Below are positions 47,613-58,502 of a DNA stretch of 64,000 bases, piece by piece. Location: NCBI GenBank assembly GCA_041399065.1, contig JAWKTN010000003.1, positions 87,511 through 151,510 of the forward strand. Direction: 5' to 3'. Source of the stretch: Pirellulaceae bacterium (GTDB lineage Bacteria > Planctomycetota > Planctomycetia > Pirellulales > Pirellulaceae). Each line of letters opens with the position of its first letter. The stretch's first letter is position 1. Below the pieces are notes generated by a model. The model did no database searches. It was not told the origin of the DNA and saw only the letters and a list, made by a program, of their open reading frames with translations. Both the position numbers and the translations under genes were made by a program.

Positions 47613-50600
47613 GTGAGTGTTTGGAGGCGTCTGCTCCGATTGTCCGACGTTCGCGACTCGGATGGCACCAGCAGCGATAGCCGGCGGCGGCGAGTACGCC
47701 TGGGAGCCGTCGAGCAGATGGAGCCCAAACTGTTGATGGCCGCCAATCCGCTGCATGTCGGTGCTGTCTACATCGAGCAAGACCTGGGAAGCGACGACCA
47801 TGGTGACACAATACTCATTGCGTTTGACGGAGGTGCAGAAGGAAGTCAGCTAACTCAAGTCGTCATTGATGGCGACCAGAATATCGCCGGCTTCACGGTG
47901 GGGGACGTCTTTTTCGATACCCTCGCCACAGGCCTGGGGGCGGACAAGAGCCATCCCTTCACGATTGATTTGCATGGTGTCGACGCTTATACCCCGCATT
48001 ACGAAGACGGCACGACACGATTGGTGATTGAATTTGAAGGATTCGACGCGGGCGACTGGATCGAAATCACGATTGATGTGGATGAAGTCGAATCGTACGA
48101 CCCGCAAAGTACTGACCTGGATTTGACGAATGAGGGATTCGACCCCATCACCTCGGGCGTGGAATTTCAAGACAGCTTGTTCGTTGCTCATTTCGCGGCG
48201 CCACACTTTTACGATGCCCAGGTCACAACAACGTTCCGCAATCGATACGACGATCGCCTGCAACAATCTGGCCTATCCTTGCCCGCCGATGACGAAGGAG
48301 GCAAGCGAGACCGAACGGCCGGCGCCTTTGGAGAAGTGTCGCAGCATCCCTTACCGATCGCCCTGTCGGGCCACGTCTACGAAGAACGGGACCTCGATCT
48401 CCTTCGCGATGCAACGGAACCCGGAATCGGCGGCGTCAACCTCACCCTGTGGCAAAAACAGGGAGAGACGTACGTATCGACCGGCTTCAGCACGATCACC
48501 GACGCCACCGGCTACTACGAGTTTGCACGCTCCCTGGGGTTGACTCCAGGCACCTATCAAATCCGCGAACAGCAACCATCTGGCTACTACAGTGTCGGGG
48601 CCATCCCCGGCACTGTGGATGGACAGGACAGTGGCAGTATCGTCGCAGACAATCCCGACGTGCTCACCGAAATCACGATTCCACTCGGCAACCAAGCGGC
48701 CATCAACTACGATTTTGCCGAATCGCTACCAGCCTCGATCAGCGGATTCGTCTATCACGATCGCAACGATAACGGCCTGCGCGAAGGGAGCGAAGAAGGG
48801 ATCGACCAGGTATCCATCCAGGCCATCCCATTGGATACCGTCGCCCCCCAACTGGCGGTGACCCTCACAACCGCGGCTGACGGCTCGTACCACTTCACTG
48901 GATTGGCGCCGGGCCGCTATCGCATCGTGGAAGTAACCCAGCCTGATGGGTATTTCGACGGCAAGGACACCGCCGGCACCGTAGCGGGGATCGTTACCGG
49001 CACGGCTCAGAATCCAGGGGACCTTATCGATGACATCTTCTTGGGAGGTGGCGCGTCAGGTATCGACTACAACTTCGGCGAGCTGGTACCGGTCTCCATC
49101 CAGGGCGAAGTCCACGTCTCGAATCATGACGGGGACTGCTTTGAGGACGACGAAGAGACCACCCCCCTGGCGGGCGTCACCGTCTATTTGCTCAACGCGG
49201 ACGGCGAACGCATCGCTGAGACGTTGACCGACTCCCGTGGTCATTACCAGTTCGAAGGTCTCCACCCGGGTACCTATGGCGTACAGGAGATTACCCCCAC
49301 TGGTTTGCTCGACGGCGGGGCCCGCGCCGGTAGCGTCGACGGACAGACTACCGGCACGGTTGTCGACGGCGGCACCGTCCAGTTGATATCCCTTGGCTCT
49401 GGGCAAGAGGGCGTCGACTACGATTTCTGCGAACATGAGCCGGCAACTCTTTCTGGATATGTCTACCACGACCGCGACGATGATGGCCATTTCAATACCA
49501 CCGAAGAATCGCCGATTGACGGGGTAGAGCTGCAGCTGTTTGACATCGATGGTACTCACATCGCCTCAGCAACCACGGACACCAACGGCTATTACGAGTT
49601 TGCTGGCCTATCCAAGGGGACGTATCGTATTGTCGAAACGCAACCGGATGGATGGATCGATGGCAAAGACACCGCCGGGACAATCGGCGGAATCGTCGTG
49701 GGCACCGCGCAGCCCGACCTTGACACGATCACAGACATCCTCGTGTCTTTCGGCGACCGAGGCATCGACTATGACTTCGGCGAACTCCTCAATGCCTCGC
49801 TCCGCGGTCGCGTGCAACTGGCGACTCCCGACGGCGACTGCTTCACCGATTCCATCGAACACCGTCCTGTGGTGGGCGCTGTCGTGCAATTGTACGATTC
49901 TACCGGCCGACTCCTGCACAAAACGTTGACCGATGATGATGGCCGCTATGAGTTTGTCGATCTGTTGCCGGGCGAATACACGGTTGTTGAAACCACGCCC
50001 ACCGGCTTGATCGACGGTGGCGCACAAACCGGTAGCGTTGCCGGTGTACCAACCGGTATTGTCCAAGACAGCAACACGATCACCAGTGTGCGGTTGTTGT
50101 CGGGTGACCAGGGGACCAACTACGACTTCTGCGAATTCGAACCGGCCGCTATCTCTGGTTTCGTCTACCATGACCGCAACAACGACGGTCTCTTCGCCAT
50201 ATCGGAACAAGGGATCGGCGGGGTGCTCGTGCGGCTCGTCGACGAACAAGGCCAAATCGTCGCCGAACAACTGACCGCCAATGACGGGTCCTATCGCTTC
50301 ACCGACTTGCGAGCTGGCAATTACACGTTGTCGGAAGTGCAGCCGGCGGGTTGGATTGATGGCATCGATGCGGCCGGAACGATCAACGGAGTCGTCGTCG
50401 GCCACGCGTTTTCGGCGTTGGATCGAATTGACGACGTGGTCCTGCGCTGGGGCGACAACGGTATCGACTATGACTTTGGAGAATTCTTGCCGGCATCGAT
50501 TCAAGGTCGTGTGCAATTGTCCAACGAAAACGGCGACTGCTTTTCAATCGACCAGTACCACGAGCCGGTTGTCGGAGCGGTGGTGCGGTTGTTTGACGCC

Positions 50601-52823
50601 GATGGCAATGAGCTGGACCGCACTCTGACGGATCAAAACGGCGACTATCGGTTTGATGGCTTGGCACCGGGAATCTACCGTGTCGTGGAAACCACACCCG
50701 CTGGATTGGAGGACGGCGGCGCGCAAGCCGGTACGGTCGCCGGCCAAACCGTTGGCAATGTGTTGGATTCCAATACGATCGGACAGGTCCGCTTGTGGTC
50801 GGGCGAGGATGGCATCAACTATCTGTTTTGCGAACACCTGTTCGGCTCGATCGAAGGATTGGTCCATACCGACATCTTGGCCGATTGCGTCTTCGAACCG
50901 GCCAACGGTGAACGGCCACTCGCGGGGGTCCGGATCGACTTGCTAAACACCGGCGGACAGGTAATTGCCACGACGCATACCGATTCCGATGGTCGATATC
51001 GATTTAGCGACATACCTGCGGGCGAGTATTCCGTACGCGAGCATCAGGTCGTCGACTACTTTCATGGCGGCCAGGTGGCTGGTTCTGGTGGTGGCAACAT
51101 CGATGTGGCCGACGTAATCTCGCAAATTCAACTTGGTCCTGGCGAACGTCTGGTGGATTACAACTTCTGCGAAATACCGCCCGGTAGGATCTCCGGATTC
51201 GTGTTTCAAGACGGTCCATCGGTGTCACTGGTGCCTGGCGAAGCGTTACCGGAGCGAATTCGCGACATCCGCGACGGCGTCAAGACCGCTGACGACACTC
51301 CACTGGCAGGAGTTACGTTGGAATTGCGATTCGCGTTGGAAGGCCGAGTCCTCAACGGCAGCGAGGCATTGCCCGGATATTATCCGCCAGGGCCCATTCG
51401 CACGGTAACCGACGCTCGTGGTTTCTATGAATTCAAGGGCCTTCCGCGTGGGTCGTACGCCGTGTACGAAATTCACCCCGAGGACTACGTCGACGGTGTC
51501 GATACCCCAGGGACTCTTTCGGGGATCGTGTTCAATCCGGGCGAGGCCCAGAATACTGCAATCCTGGCAACTTTGCAAAAGAGCCCAGAAAACGATGCCA
51601 TCGTGAGAATCAACCTCGGCCCAGGCGGCGTCGCTGAACTGAACAACTTTAGTGAGGTCCGCGTACAAACCATCGTGATCACGCTGCCACCGCCGCCGAC
51701 GTTGCCGACACCGCCAAGGGAAGAACCATCCGTCACACTGTTGGCACCGCTGCATACGGCTCCAGAACTGGGCAACAATGTCCGGAACCCGTTGCTCAAC
51801 ATCTCCGCGGGGCGACATGTCTTTACGTGGCACCTGAGTGTCGTCGATGCGGGATTCCCCCGCGGCGATGGCCTCGTGGCCGAAGTTCCGCCACCCATTT
51901 GGTTCGCATCGCTCGGCCCGGAATCAACCGGTCAAGGTCGTTCAACGATGCGCTACGGACGTTGGCACTTGGCGATGGACGACTCGTCGGCAGCCACCGG
52001 CCGACAGTTCTATTTTGGCAAGCCCGGCGCCATTCCCATCGCCGGCGACTTCAACGGCGATGGACATTTTGAAGTCGGCGTGTTCATCGACGGTGAATGG
52101 TTCATCGATCTCAATGGCAATGGGGTCTGGGATTCGCACGACCTGTGGGCCAAGCTCGGACACCGAGGCGACCGACCGGTGGCGGGCGACTGGGACGGCG
52201 ATGGAAAATACGACATCGGTATCTTCGGGCCGATCTGGGCGGGAGATCCTCGTGCGATCGTGTCGGAACCCGGCCTTCCCGACAATAATAACCGCCCCAC
52301 AGGACAACGCAAGAATATTCCTCCGCGCGACACCGCTGCCACAAACGGCCAACGGGTTTTGAAATTGACCGAACAAGGAAAGATGCGCGGCGATGTGATC
52401 GATCACGTGTTCTGGTTCGGCGTGCCCGACGACGTGCCAGTCGTGGGCGACTGGAATGGCGACGGCATCCACACGATCGGGGTCTTCCGCCAAGGCCGCT
52501 GGCAATTCGACGTCGACGGAAACGGTGAGTACACGTCTGCCGACGCGGAAGCTCAATTCGGACAACAGGGTGACACGCCGATCGTGGGCGATTGGAACGG
52601 CGATGGTGTGGATGAGATTGGCTTCGTCCGCAACGGCAGATTCTATCTCGACAGCAACGGTAACCGAGAATTGGACGCGTACGACCGTGTCTTCGAAATG
52701 GGGGCACCGGGCGACAAGCCGGTAGTCGGCGACTGGAATGGCGACGGAATCGACGACATCGCAACCTATCGCGAGCAAAGCGAACCGGCCCCCGAATATC
52801 AGGCCTTTCGCAAAGCCGGATAG
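47613..52823 (+). CDS. Giant secreted adhesin-like protein: at least 8 SdrD-B/Cna-B-like tandem domains followed by FG-GAP/VCBS-like calcium-binding repeats
   Basis: Start chosen at GTG 47613, after GGGAGGTG. N-terminal RRRRVRLGAVEQMEPKLLMAANP is an LExRxLL-like motif. There are recurring ~115-aa units (GYVYHDRNDNG...GLAPGRYRIVEVTQPDGY...D..GTVAG). The C-terminus has GDFNGDGHFEVGVF, GDWDGDGKYDIGIF, GDWNGDGIHTIGVF, GDWNGDGVDEIGFV and GDWNGDGIDDIATY. Confidence 0.8.
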   Translation: MSVWRRLLRLSDVRDSDGTSSDSRRRRVRLGAVEQMEPKLLMAANPLHVGAVYIEQDLGSDDHGDTILIAFDGGAEGSQLTQVVIDGDQNIAGFTVGDVFFDTLATGLGADKSHPFTIDLHGVDAYTPHYEDGTTRLVIEFEGFDAGDWIEITIDVDEVESYDPQSTDLDLTNEGFDPITSGVEFQDSLFVAHFAAPHFYDAQVTTTFRNRYDDRLQQSGLSLPADDEGGKRDRTAGAFGEVSQHPLPIALSGHVYEERDLDLLRDATEPGIGGVNLTLWQKQGETYVSTGFSTITDATGYYEFARSLGLTPGTYQIREQQPSGYYSVGAIPGTVDGQDSGSIVADNPDVLTEITIPLGNQAAINYDFAESLPASISGFVYHDRNDNGLREGSEEGIDQVSIQAIPLDTVAPQLAVTLTTAADGSYHFTGLAPGRYRIVEVTQPDGYFDGKDTAGTVAGIVTGTAQNPGDLIDDIFLGGGASGIDYNFGELVPVSIQGEVHVSNHDGDCFEDDEETTPLAGVTVYLLNADGERIAETLTDSRGHYQFEGLHPGTYGVQEITPTGLLDGGARAGSVDGQTTGTVVDGGTVQLISLGSGQEGVDYDFCEHEPATLSGYVYHDRDDDGHFNTTEESPIDGVELQLFDIDGTHIASATTDTNGYYEFAGLSKGTYRIVETQPDGWIDGKDTAGTIGGIVVGTAQPDLDTITDILVSFGDRGIDYDFGELLNASLRGRVQLATPDGDCFTDSIEHRPVVGAVVQLYDSTGRLLHKTLTDDDGRYEFVDLLPGEYTVVETTPTGLIDGGAQTGSVAGVPTGIVQDSNTITSVRLLSGDQGTNYDFCEFEPAAISGFVYHDRNNDGLFAISEQGIGGVLVRLVDEQGQIVAEQLTANDGSYRFTDLRAGNYTLSEVQPAGWIDGIDAAGTINGVVVGHAFSALDRIDDVVLRWGDNGIDYDFGEFLPASIQGRVQLSNENGDCFSIDQYHEPVVGAVVRLFDADGNELDRTLTDQNGDYRFDGLAPGIYRVVETTPAGLEDGGAQAGTVAGQTVGNVLDSNTIGQVRLWSGEDGINYLFCEHLFGSIEGLVHTDILADCVFEPANGERPLAGVRIDLLNTGGQVIATTHTDSDGRYRFSDIPAGEYSVREHQVVDYFHGGQVAGSGGGNIDVADVISQIQLGPGERLVDYNFCEIPPGRISGFVFQDGPSVSLVPGEALPERIRDIRDGVKTADDTPLAGVTLELRFALEGRVLNGSEALPGYYPPGPIRTVTDARGFYEFKGLPRGSYAVYEIHPEDYVDGVDTPGTLSGIVFNPGEAQNTAILATLQKSPENDAIVRINLGPGGVAELNNFSEVRVQTIVITLPPPPTLPTPPREEPSVTLLAPLHTAPELGNNVRNPLLNISAGRHVFTWHLSVVDAGFPRGDGLVAEVPPPIWFASLGPESTGQGRSTMRYGRWHLAMDDSSAATGRQFYFGKPGAIPIAGDFNGDGHFEVGVFIDGEWFIDLNGNGVWDSHDLWAKLGHRGDRPVAGDWDGDGKYDIGIFGPIWAGDPRAIVSEPGLPDNNNRPTGQRKNIPPRDTAATNGQRVLKLTEQGKMRGDVIDHVFWFGVPDDVPVVGDWNGDGIHTIGVFRQGRWQFDVDGNGEYTSADAEAQFGQQGDTPIVGDWNGDGVDEIGFVRNGRFYLDSNGNRELDAYDRVFEMGAPGDKPVVGDWNGDGIDDIATYREQSEPAPEYQAFRKAG

Positions 52824-52924
52824 AGTCGCACGCTACGTGTCGCAAAGGATATTGGCCCAATACCTCGAACCATCAAGTATTGAGCCGCTCAACCGGAAAA
52901 CGGCCCGGGCTGCGACAATTCGAA

Positions 52925-53095
52925 TCAGCTGGCCTTGAGCTTTTCAAGCTCCTGTTCGGCCGCGGTGATATCGCGTTCCAGGCGTTCGACTTCGCCCGGC
53001 TCGTCGTTTTGCTTTCGGGCACCGGCAAGTTGCTGCCGGAGTGTCTGCAGCTTCTTCTGGAGGACATCGATCTTCTTCTTCGCTTTCTTATCCAT
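52925..53095 (-). CDS. Small (56-aa) coiled-coil hypothetical protein, absent from the ORF track (below the length cut-off)
   Basis: Manual translation gives MDKKAKKKIDVLQKKLQTLRQQLAGARKQNDEPGEVERLERDITAAEQELEKLKAS. It is a clean ORF in otherwise intergenic space. Confidence 0.4.
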   Translation of the reverse strand: MDKKAKKKIDVLQKKLQTLRQQLAGARKQNDEPGEVERLERDITAAEQELEKLKAS

Positions 53096-53301
53096 GCTAT
53101 CGGTTCCACATTTGTTTTTTTCTATGTTTCTTTACGCATCCGCCTGTTATAGTTGCGATAAGTGCCATCGGGGCGGTGAAATCTAGCACAGTTTCGCGAG
53201 CCAAAAAAGGCGGCAGGCGTTGTTGAAGCACGGTCCTATTGTGTCATAATACACCGATTCCATGACAGTATGGCTTCTGTCCTCCCTTCGACGAAACTTC
53301 C

Positions 53302-56142
53302 ATGACGGATTGGTACCAACTCGCACCAGACCAGGTCGCCGCCGAATTGGGATCGAATTCTCGAACCGGCCTTGACCAATCAGAAGTGGCCGATCGCCGG
53401 ACACACTACGGCCCCAACGAACTGCACGACCTGGGGGGACGCAGCGCCTGGGCCATTCTGACCGAACAACTCTTTTCCGCCATGATCGCTCTGCTGTTCG
53501 TCGCAGCCACGGTTTCCATTTACTTGGGCGAGTACAAGGATGCCGTCGCCATTGTCGCCATCATCGTACTGAATGCGGCCCTCGGCTTCGCGCAGGATTT
53601 TCGCGCTGAAAAAGCCTTGGCGGCGCTGAAACGCTATTCGGTTCCCAATGTCAAGGTTTGGCGGGGAGGTGCCATTGACGTGTTGCCGGCGCGGGAGCTT
53701 GTCCCCGGCGATCTGGTCGCACTGGAAGTTGGCAATCTTGTACCAGCCGATTGTCGCATTCTACAGTCAACGAACCTGCGAATCCAGGAAGCCGCGCTGA
53801 CAGGCGAATCGGAACCCGTCGATAAATCGATCACGGCCATCGACAGTGCCGTACCGATGGCTGATCGCACGAACATGGCATATTTGGGAACCACCGTCGC
53901 GTTCGGACATGGGCAGGCAATGGTAACCAACACCGGGATGACCACCGAATTAGGCAAGATCGCGCATTCACTGCAGACAGTCCGCCCCAAACCGACGCCG
54001 CTTCAGACACGATTGGGCATCCTTGGCCGCAGCCTGGCCCTGACCGCACTGGGGATCGTTGCCGTGGTCTACATTCTAGGTATCGTTGCGGGAGCCGATC
54101 CAAGAGTGATGCTGTTGACGTCTCTCAGCCTTGCCGTTGCCGTCGTTCCCGAAGGCCTGCCAGCGGTCGCCACTGTTGCACTTGCGATCGGTGCGCGAAG
54201 GATGTTTCGCCGCCAGGCGCTGATCCGTAAATTGCCGGCGGTCGAAACATTGGGATCGGTTACCGTGATTTGCTCGGACAAGACCGGGACACTCACCGAA
54301 AACCGCATGTCTGTCACCGTGCTCGACATTGCCGGACATCGCTTGGACCTTACCGAGCACCTGCGGGACGACGATCAGGGGACGGCGATTGCCGAAGGAT
54401 CGACATCCCGCACGACAGACAGTTGCCCACGCATTGATCCCGACGATCCCCAACAATTGGCGCTCGCCTTGCTACTGGCCGGTGCCGGCTTATGCAACGA
54501 TGCCGAACTGAAGTCGCCGAAACAAGGGGAACCGTGGAAGGCAGTCGGCGAACCGACCGAAGCAGCTTTGATCCTCGCGGCCGCGCGCTTGGGTCTACCG
54601 AAGGGGGAACTGAACGAGAACTTTCCACGAGTCGACGAGCTCCCATTCGATTCGGACCGCAAGCGAATGACAACCGTGCACGTCGTCAAGCCGACACATT
54701 GCGAAGGACCGGGCTACCGCCGCTCGGCTGTGACCGATGTGCTGGCCCATCTAGGCGATGTCGAACGCATTGCCTTTATGAAGGGAGCCGTGGACTCGGT
54801 CCTGTCATGCTGTGAGTATTACTGGGAGCAAGGCGCGCCGGAAGAACTGGATGACGAAAGTCGCGCGCGAATCGTGGCTGCCAATGATCAACTGGCGGCC
54901 ATGGGGATGCGCGTCATGGGCGTCTCGTTCCGGCCACTTGACGACCTAGGCCTAGCACGCAGCGACGCCACAGACCACGACGAAGTCCGTCCGGCACCGC
55001 CTCGCGAAACAGAAGAAGCCCATATTTTTGTCGGCCTGATCGGCATGATCGACCCTCCTCGTCCGGAAGTCCGCGACGCCGTGATTCGCTGCCGTCAAGC
55101 TGGCATCCGCCCGCTGATGATTACTGGCGACCACCCGCTCACCGCACAACATATCGCTCAACAACTGGGCATCGCCAACGGGAAACCAGTGGTACACGGC
55201 ACGGAGCTGGCTGCCATGGATGCGCGGCAAATGGAACAGCGTGCGGCGTCAACGTCGGTTTTTGCCCGCGTCGCTCCCCAAGATAAACTGTCGATCGTGC
55301 AAGCGCTACAGAAACAGGGGCACGTCGTGGCAATGACCGGCGATGGTGTCAACGACGCGCCAGCGCTCAAGCAATCGCACATCGGCGTGGCGATGGGACG
55401 CACTGGCACCGATGTCTCGAAAGAAGCCTCCGACATGATTCTGCTCGACGATAACTTCGCCACGATCGTCAACGCCGTGGAAGAGGGCCGCATTGTCTAC
55501 GACAACATCCGCAAATTCGTCCGTTACACCATGACCAGCAATGCAGGCGAAGTATGGGTGATGGTCATCGGACCGCTCCTGGGAATGCCGCTGCCACTGC
55601 TGCCACTGCAAATCCTGTGGGTCAACCTGGTGACCGATGGGCTCCCCGGCTTGGCATTGGCCGTAGAACCGGCGGAGCGCGAGACGATGCATCGCGCGCC
55701 TTATCCACCGACCGAAAACGTCATGGGCCGAGGGATGTGGCGCGATATCGCCTGGATCGGTGTCCTGATGGGCGCCGTGTCGATGCTGATGGGATTTCTC
55801 TACTGGTACCACGGATTTGACGCGGCCTATTGGCGAACGGTCGTCTTTACCGTCCTGACCCTGTCGCAACTGGGCAACGTAATGGCGATCCGCGCCGAAC
55901 GGGACTCGCTTTTCCAAATCGGCGTCTTCTCGAATCTCGCGTTGGTCGGCGCCGTTGCGTTGACGATCGTCCTGCAGTTTGCTGTCATCTATATCCCTTG
56001 GCTGCAGTCACTTTTGAAAACCGCGCCACTGTCACTGCGAGATCTGCTGTTCTGCCTGCTTGCCAGTACGATTGTATTTTGGAGCGTTGAACTGAAAAAG
56101 TTCCTGCGACGCCACCCGACCTACGCATCAAGCGATTCTTGA
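53302..56142 (+). CDS. Cation-transporting P-type ATPase (type II, Ca2+/Mg2+-like)
   Basis: 946 aa with DKTGTLT phosphorylation motif, TGDHPLTA, MTGDGVNDAPALK and 10 predicted TM helices. Confidence 0.9.
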   Translation: MTDWYQLAPDQVAAELGSNSRTGLDQSEVADRRTHYGPNELHDLGGRSAWAILTEQLFSAMIALLFVAATVSIYLGEYKDAVAIVAIIVLNAALGFAQDFRAEKALAALKRYSVPNVKVWRGGAIDVLPARELVPGDLVALEVGNLVPADCRILQSTNLRIQEAALTGESEPVDKSITAIDSAVPMADRTNMAYLGTTVAFGHGQAMVTNTGMTTELGKIAHSLQTVRPKPTPLQTRLGILGRSLALTALGIVAVVYILGIVAGADPRVMLLTSLSLAVAVVPEGLPAVATVALAIGARRMFRRQALIRKLPAVETLGSVTVICSDKTGTLTENRMSVTVLDIAGHRLDLTEHLRDDDQGTAIAEGSTSRTTDSCPRIDPDDPQQLALALLLAGAGLCNDAELKSPKQGEPWKAVGEPTEAALILAAARLGLPKGELNENFPRVDELPFDSDRKRMTTVHVVKPTHCEGPGYRRSAVTDVLAHLGDVERIAFMKGAVDSVLSCCEYYWEQGAPEELDDESRARIVAANDQLAAMGMRVMGVSFRPLDDLGLARSDATDHDEVRPAPPRETEEAHIFVGLIGMIDPPRPEVRDAVIRCRQAGIRPLMITGDHPLTAQHIAQQLGIANGKPVVHGTELAAMDARQMEQRAASTSVFARVAPQDKLSIVQALQKQGHVVAMTGDGVNDAPALKQSHIGVAMGRTGTDVSKEASDMILLDDNFATIVNAVEEGRIVYDNIRKFVRYTMTSNAGEVWVMVIGPLLGMPLPLLPLQILWVNLVTDGLPGLALAVEPAERETMHRAPYPPTENVMGRGMWRDIAWIGVLMGAVSMLMGFLYWYHGFDAAYWRTVVFTVLTLSQLGNVMAIRAERDSLFQIGVFSNLALVGAVALTIVLQFAVIYIPWLQSLLKTAPLSLRDLLFCLLASTIVFWSVELKKFLRRHPTYASSDS

Positions 56143-56630
56143 ACGACAGCAGTCTCCATTACCGCGTCTTGGGCCTTCAATTCTCGCGGCGTCAATCGCA
56201 TCAGACCACCCAGACAAACAAGAAGGATCGCCAACAAGCAATTGACATTCAACCAGAACGTCAGTCGTTCACGAAAGCGAACCGCCCCCGAGCTTTTGCC
56301 GGAAAGTCGCGCAGCCAAAAAGAACAGTACCAGCGCCAACAGCAGCTTCACCGCCACCAACGCGTGGTAGGGAAGCGGTGCATTACTAAAGTCATTACGG
56401 ATAATAATCACAATCGCGTTGTACAAACCGCTCGCTAATAACAACCCGCTCGTGATCCCGACCACCATCGACCACGGCTTGCGGGACGCTTGCAGAAACG
56501 CTTCTCTTTGCTCACCGCCAAGTGCCGTCAATCCGGGCACCACCGCCACTCGCCAGCCGATCGTGCCACCGGCCAGGACAACCGCAGATAGAATATGTGA
56601 CCAACGCAAGATCAATTCGACAATATCCAT
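56121..56630 (-). CDS. Hypothetical 4-TM membrane protein (start at the internal Met; the ORF extends to 56777). Its 3' end overlaps the ATPase 3' end by 22 nt (convergent)
   Basis: MDIVELILRWSHILSAVVLAGGTIGW... has four hydrophobic helices. No family recognised. Confidence 0.45.
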   Translation of the reverse strand: MDIVELILRWSHILSAVVLAGGTIGWRVAVVPGLTALGGEQREAFLQASRKPWSMVVGITSGLLLASGLYNAIVIIIRNDFSNAPLPYHALVAVKLLLALVLFFLAARLSGKSSGAVRFRERLTFWLNVNCLLAILLVCLGGLMRLTPRELKAQDAVMETAVVQESLDA

Positions 56631-56773
56631 GCTGATGCAAGCTCCCAAGTATGACACGTACGGACCATATTCCGCCGGAAAGAGTCGATTCCGCCGGAAA
56701 GAGGCTGCTTTGAGTTTAGAGCAAACCCAACCAAGGAGAAACGGGGCGTATGGCGTTCCGCTGCGTCGTTGCT

Positions 56774-58090
56774 TCATGAATCATGGTAAGATCGAGCGAC
56801 CCACTGTAGGGCATCATCTCGAGTGGCAATCTGGCCAAGCAGTTGCCGGTCGCGAACTTGTTCCAGCAGTGAGCGATAGATGGGCCCCCGTGGGATATTA
56901 AGTTCCTGCAGGTCGTTACCATTGATCAAGGGTGGCGGATTCCAAACCGACTCATCTTGCCCCACGACCTGCCTACAGAATTCCAATCCTATGGCATCGA
57001 ATTGATTGGCTCGCACCATCGCGTCAGCGAGGCCTAGCAGCTCATCTCGGCCTGGTTGGATCATCAGCCGCTGCAGTTCGGGCCACTTCACTTCCTTTGC
57101 ACGTTGAATGACATTGACATGCCTGATTAGCCACGTTGCACCGTCCGACTCGTCGTTGGCCAACTTCCAGTGGTAGCGAACCCACTCGATAGTGGAACGA
57201 ACATGCTCGCTGGCGACAATGGCGCGGGGGTCATCCAGCAACAGCGCCGCCAGGGCTTGAGCAAAACTGGGCTCGACAAGCGATTCCAAGCGTGCCAGCG
57301 TCCGTTGCCAGGCAGGCGGGGATGAGTTTGCAAGTGTGGCGACGGTGGGAAGCAGCACATGCAGAAGACGAGTTTCGTAGAGCAATTCGACGGCGCGCGC
57401 CCGCTGGGAATCACACAGCATTTTTCGCATCTCGTCTCCGATGCGCTCGCCACTGACAACATTAATTGACTCGGCGTCGTCAGCGATCGCCGCGGATGTT
57501 GCGGCGTCGAGTTCAAATTTCAGGACGGCGGCGAAGCGCACGGCACGCAACATGCGGAGTTTGTCCTCGGCAAAACGCCGCTGCGGTTCACCGATCGCTC
57601 GAACGACTTTGTTGCGAATATCTTGTTCGCCGCCCACATAGTCGATGACAGCATCGCGCGACGGATCGTAGAAGATCCCGTTGATCGTGAAATCACGGCG
57701 TTGGGCATCGAGCGCTGGGGACGTGAACTGGACAGCATCGGGATGGCGGCCGTCGCTGTAACCGAGGTCCTGCCGAAACGTAGCGACCTCGACCTGCAAG
57801 CCGCGAACGGGACCGTAGACCAGGATCACGCCGAACGCCGCCCCCACGGCTTGGGTGTTTCGCCTGCCAAATACGGAACGGACTTGTTCCGGCGTGGCAT
57901 TGGTCGCCACGTCAAAGTCTTTCGGGGGGCGTTGCATCAGCCGGTCTCGGACACAACCCCCGGCCCAATAGGCGACAAACCCGGCCGCTTGCAGTCGCCA
58001 CACCACGTCCGTGGCAAATTGTTCCGGCGCACCGGCCGGCCAAGCAGACTGGCCGGGCAAATCAGGATGGGAAGACGGCATTAGATACAT
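56774..58090 (-). CDS. cca: CCA-adding tRNA nucleotidyltransferase / poly(A) polymerase family protein with HD domain
   Basis: 438 aa. GGCVRDRLMQRPPKDFDVAT nucleotidyltransferase head motif, RDFTINGIFYD, and a C-terminal HD-like region. Confidence 0.85.
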   Translation of the reverse strand: MYLMPSSHPDLPGQSAWPAGAPEQFATDVVWRLQAAGFVAYWAGGCVRDRLMQRPPKDFDVATNATPEQVRSVFGRRNTQAVGAAFGVILVYGPVRGLQVEVATFRQDLGYSDGRHPDAVQFTSPALDAQRRDFTINGIFYDPSRDAVIDYVGGEQDIRNKVVRAIGEPQRRFAEDKLRMLRAVRFAAVLKFELDAATSAAIADDAESINVVSGERIGDEMRKMLCDSQRARAVELLYETRLLHVLLPTVATLANSSPPAWQRTLARLESLVEPSFAQALAALLLDDPRAIVASEHVRSTIEWVRYHWKLANDESDGATWLIRHVNVIQRAKEVKWPELQRLMIQPGRDELLGLADAMVRANQFDAIGLEFCRQVVGQDESVWNPPPLINGNDLQELNIPRGPIYRSLLEQVRDRQLLGQIATRDDALQWVARSYHDS

Positions 58091-58502
58091 CCACTGAAGA
58101 ATAGCGCACGGAAGATTAGGGCATCACTTCATTTCGTGAGTCTCAAGTCTATAAAAATTGGGGGCTTATAACGACTAGGAAAACTCCTGGGAGGCGTTCC
58201 TGAGGGACAATCCCGCCCTGCGAGGGGTTCTGGCCGAGAATGTCGGGATTCGGGTGATCTTCGACGGTTCGCCATGCCGAATTGGGCATGGGAAGCCCTT
58301 TTTCACCATTATTTGCCGCATCTTGAATTAACTAGTTGACTTTACAGGGTCAAGAGTGTCAAATAGGAGCGGTCTCGTTGTAAGGATGAAACATTCGTTA
58401 TTCGCTATTCTTTCCTTCTCGAGACTGGGTGAGGAGGCAAAGCGGCGCGGTGCCGCGGACATGTCTCATTTTTTTATCGTTCTTTTTTTGGGAGGTGTTA
58501 GG

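Noticed and set aside
49608-52860. Several 250-300-aa minus-strand ORFs (49608..50516, 51942..52778, 52111..52860) inside the adhesin gene
   Set aside because: Antisense to the repetitive Cna-B/FG-GAP coding frame. Extreme Arg/Cys/His bias.
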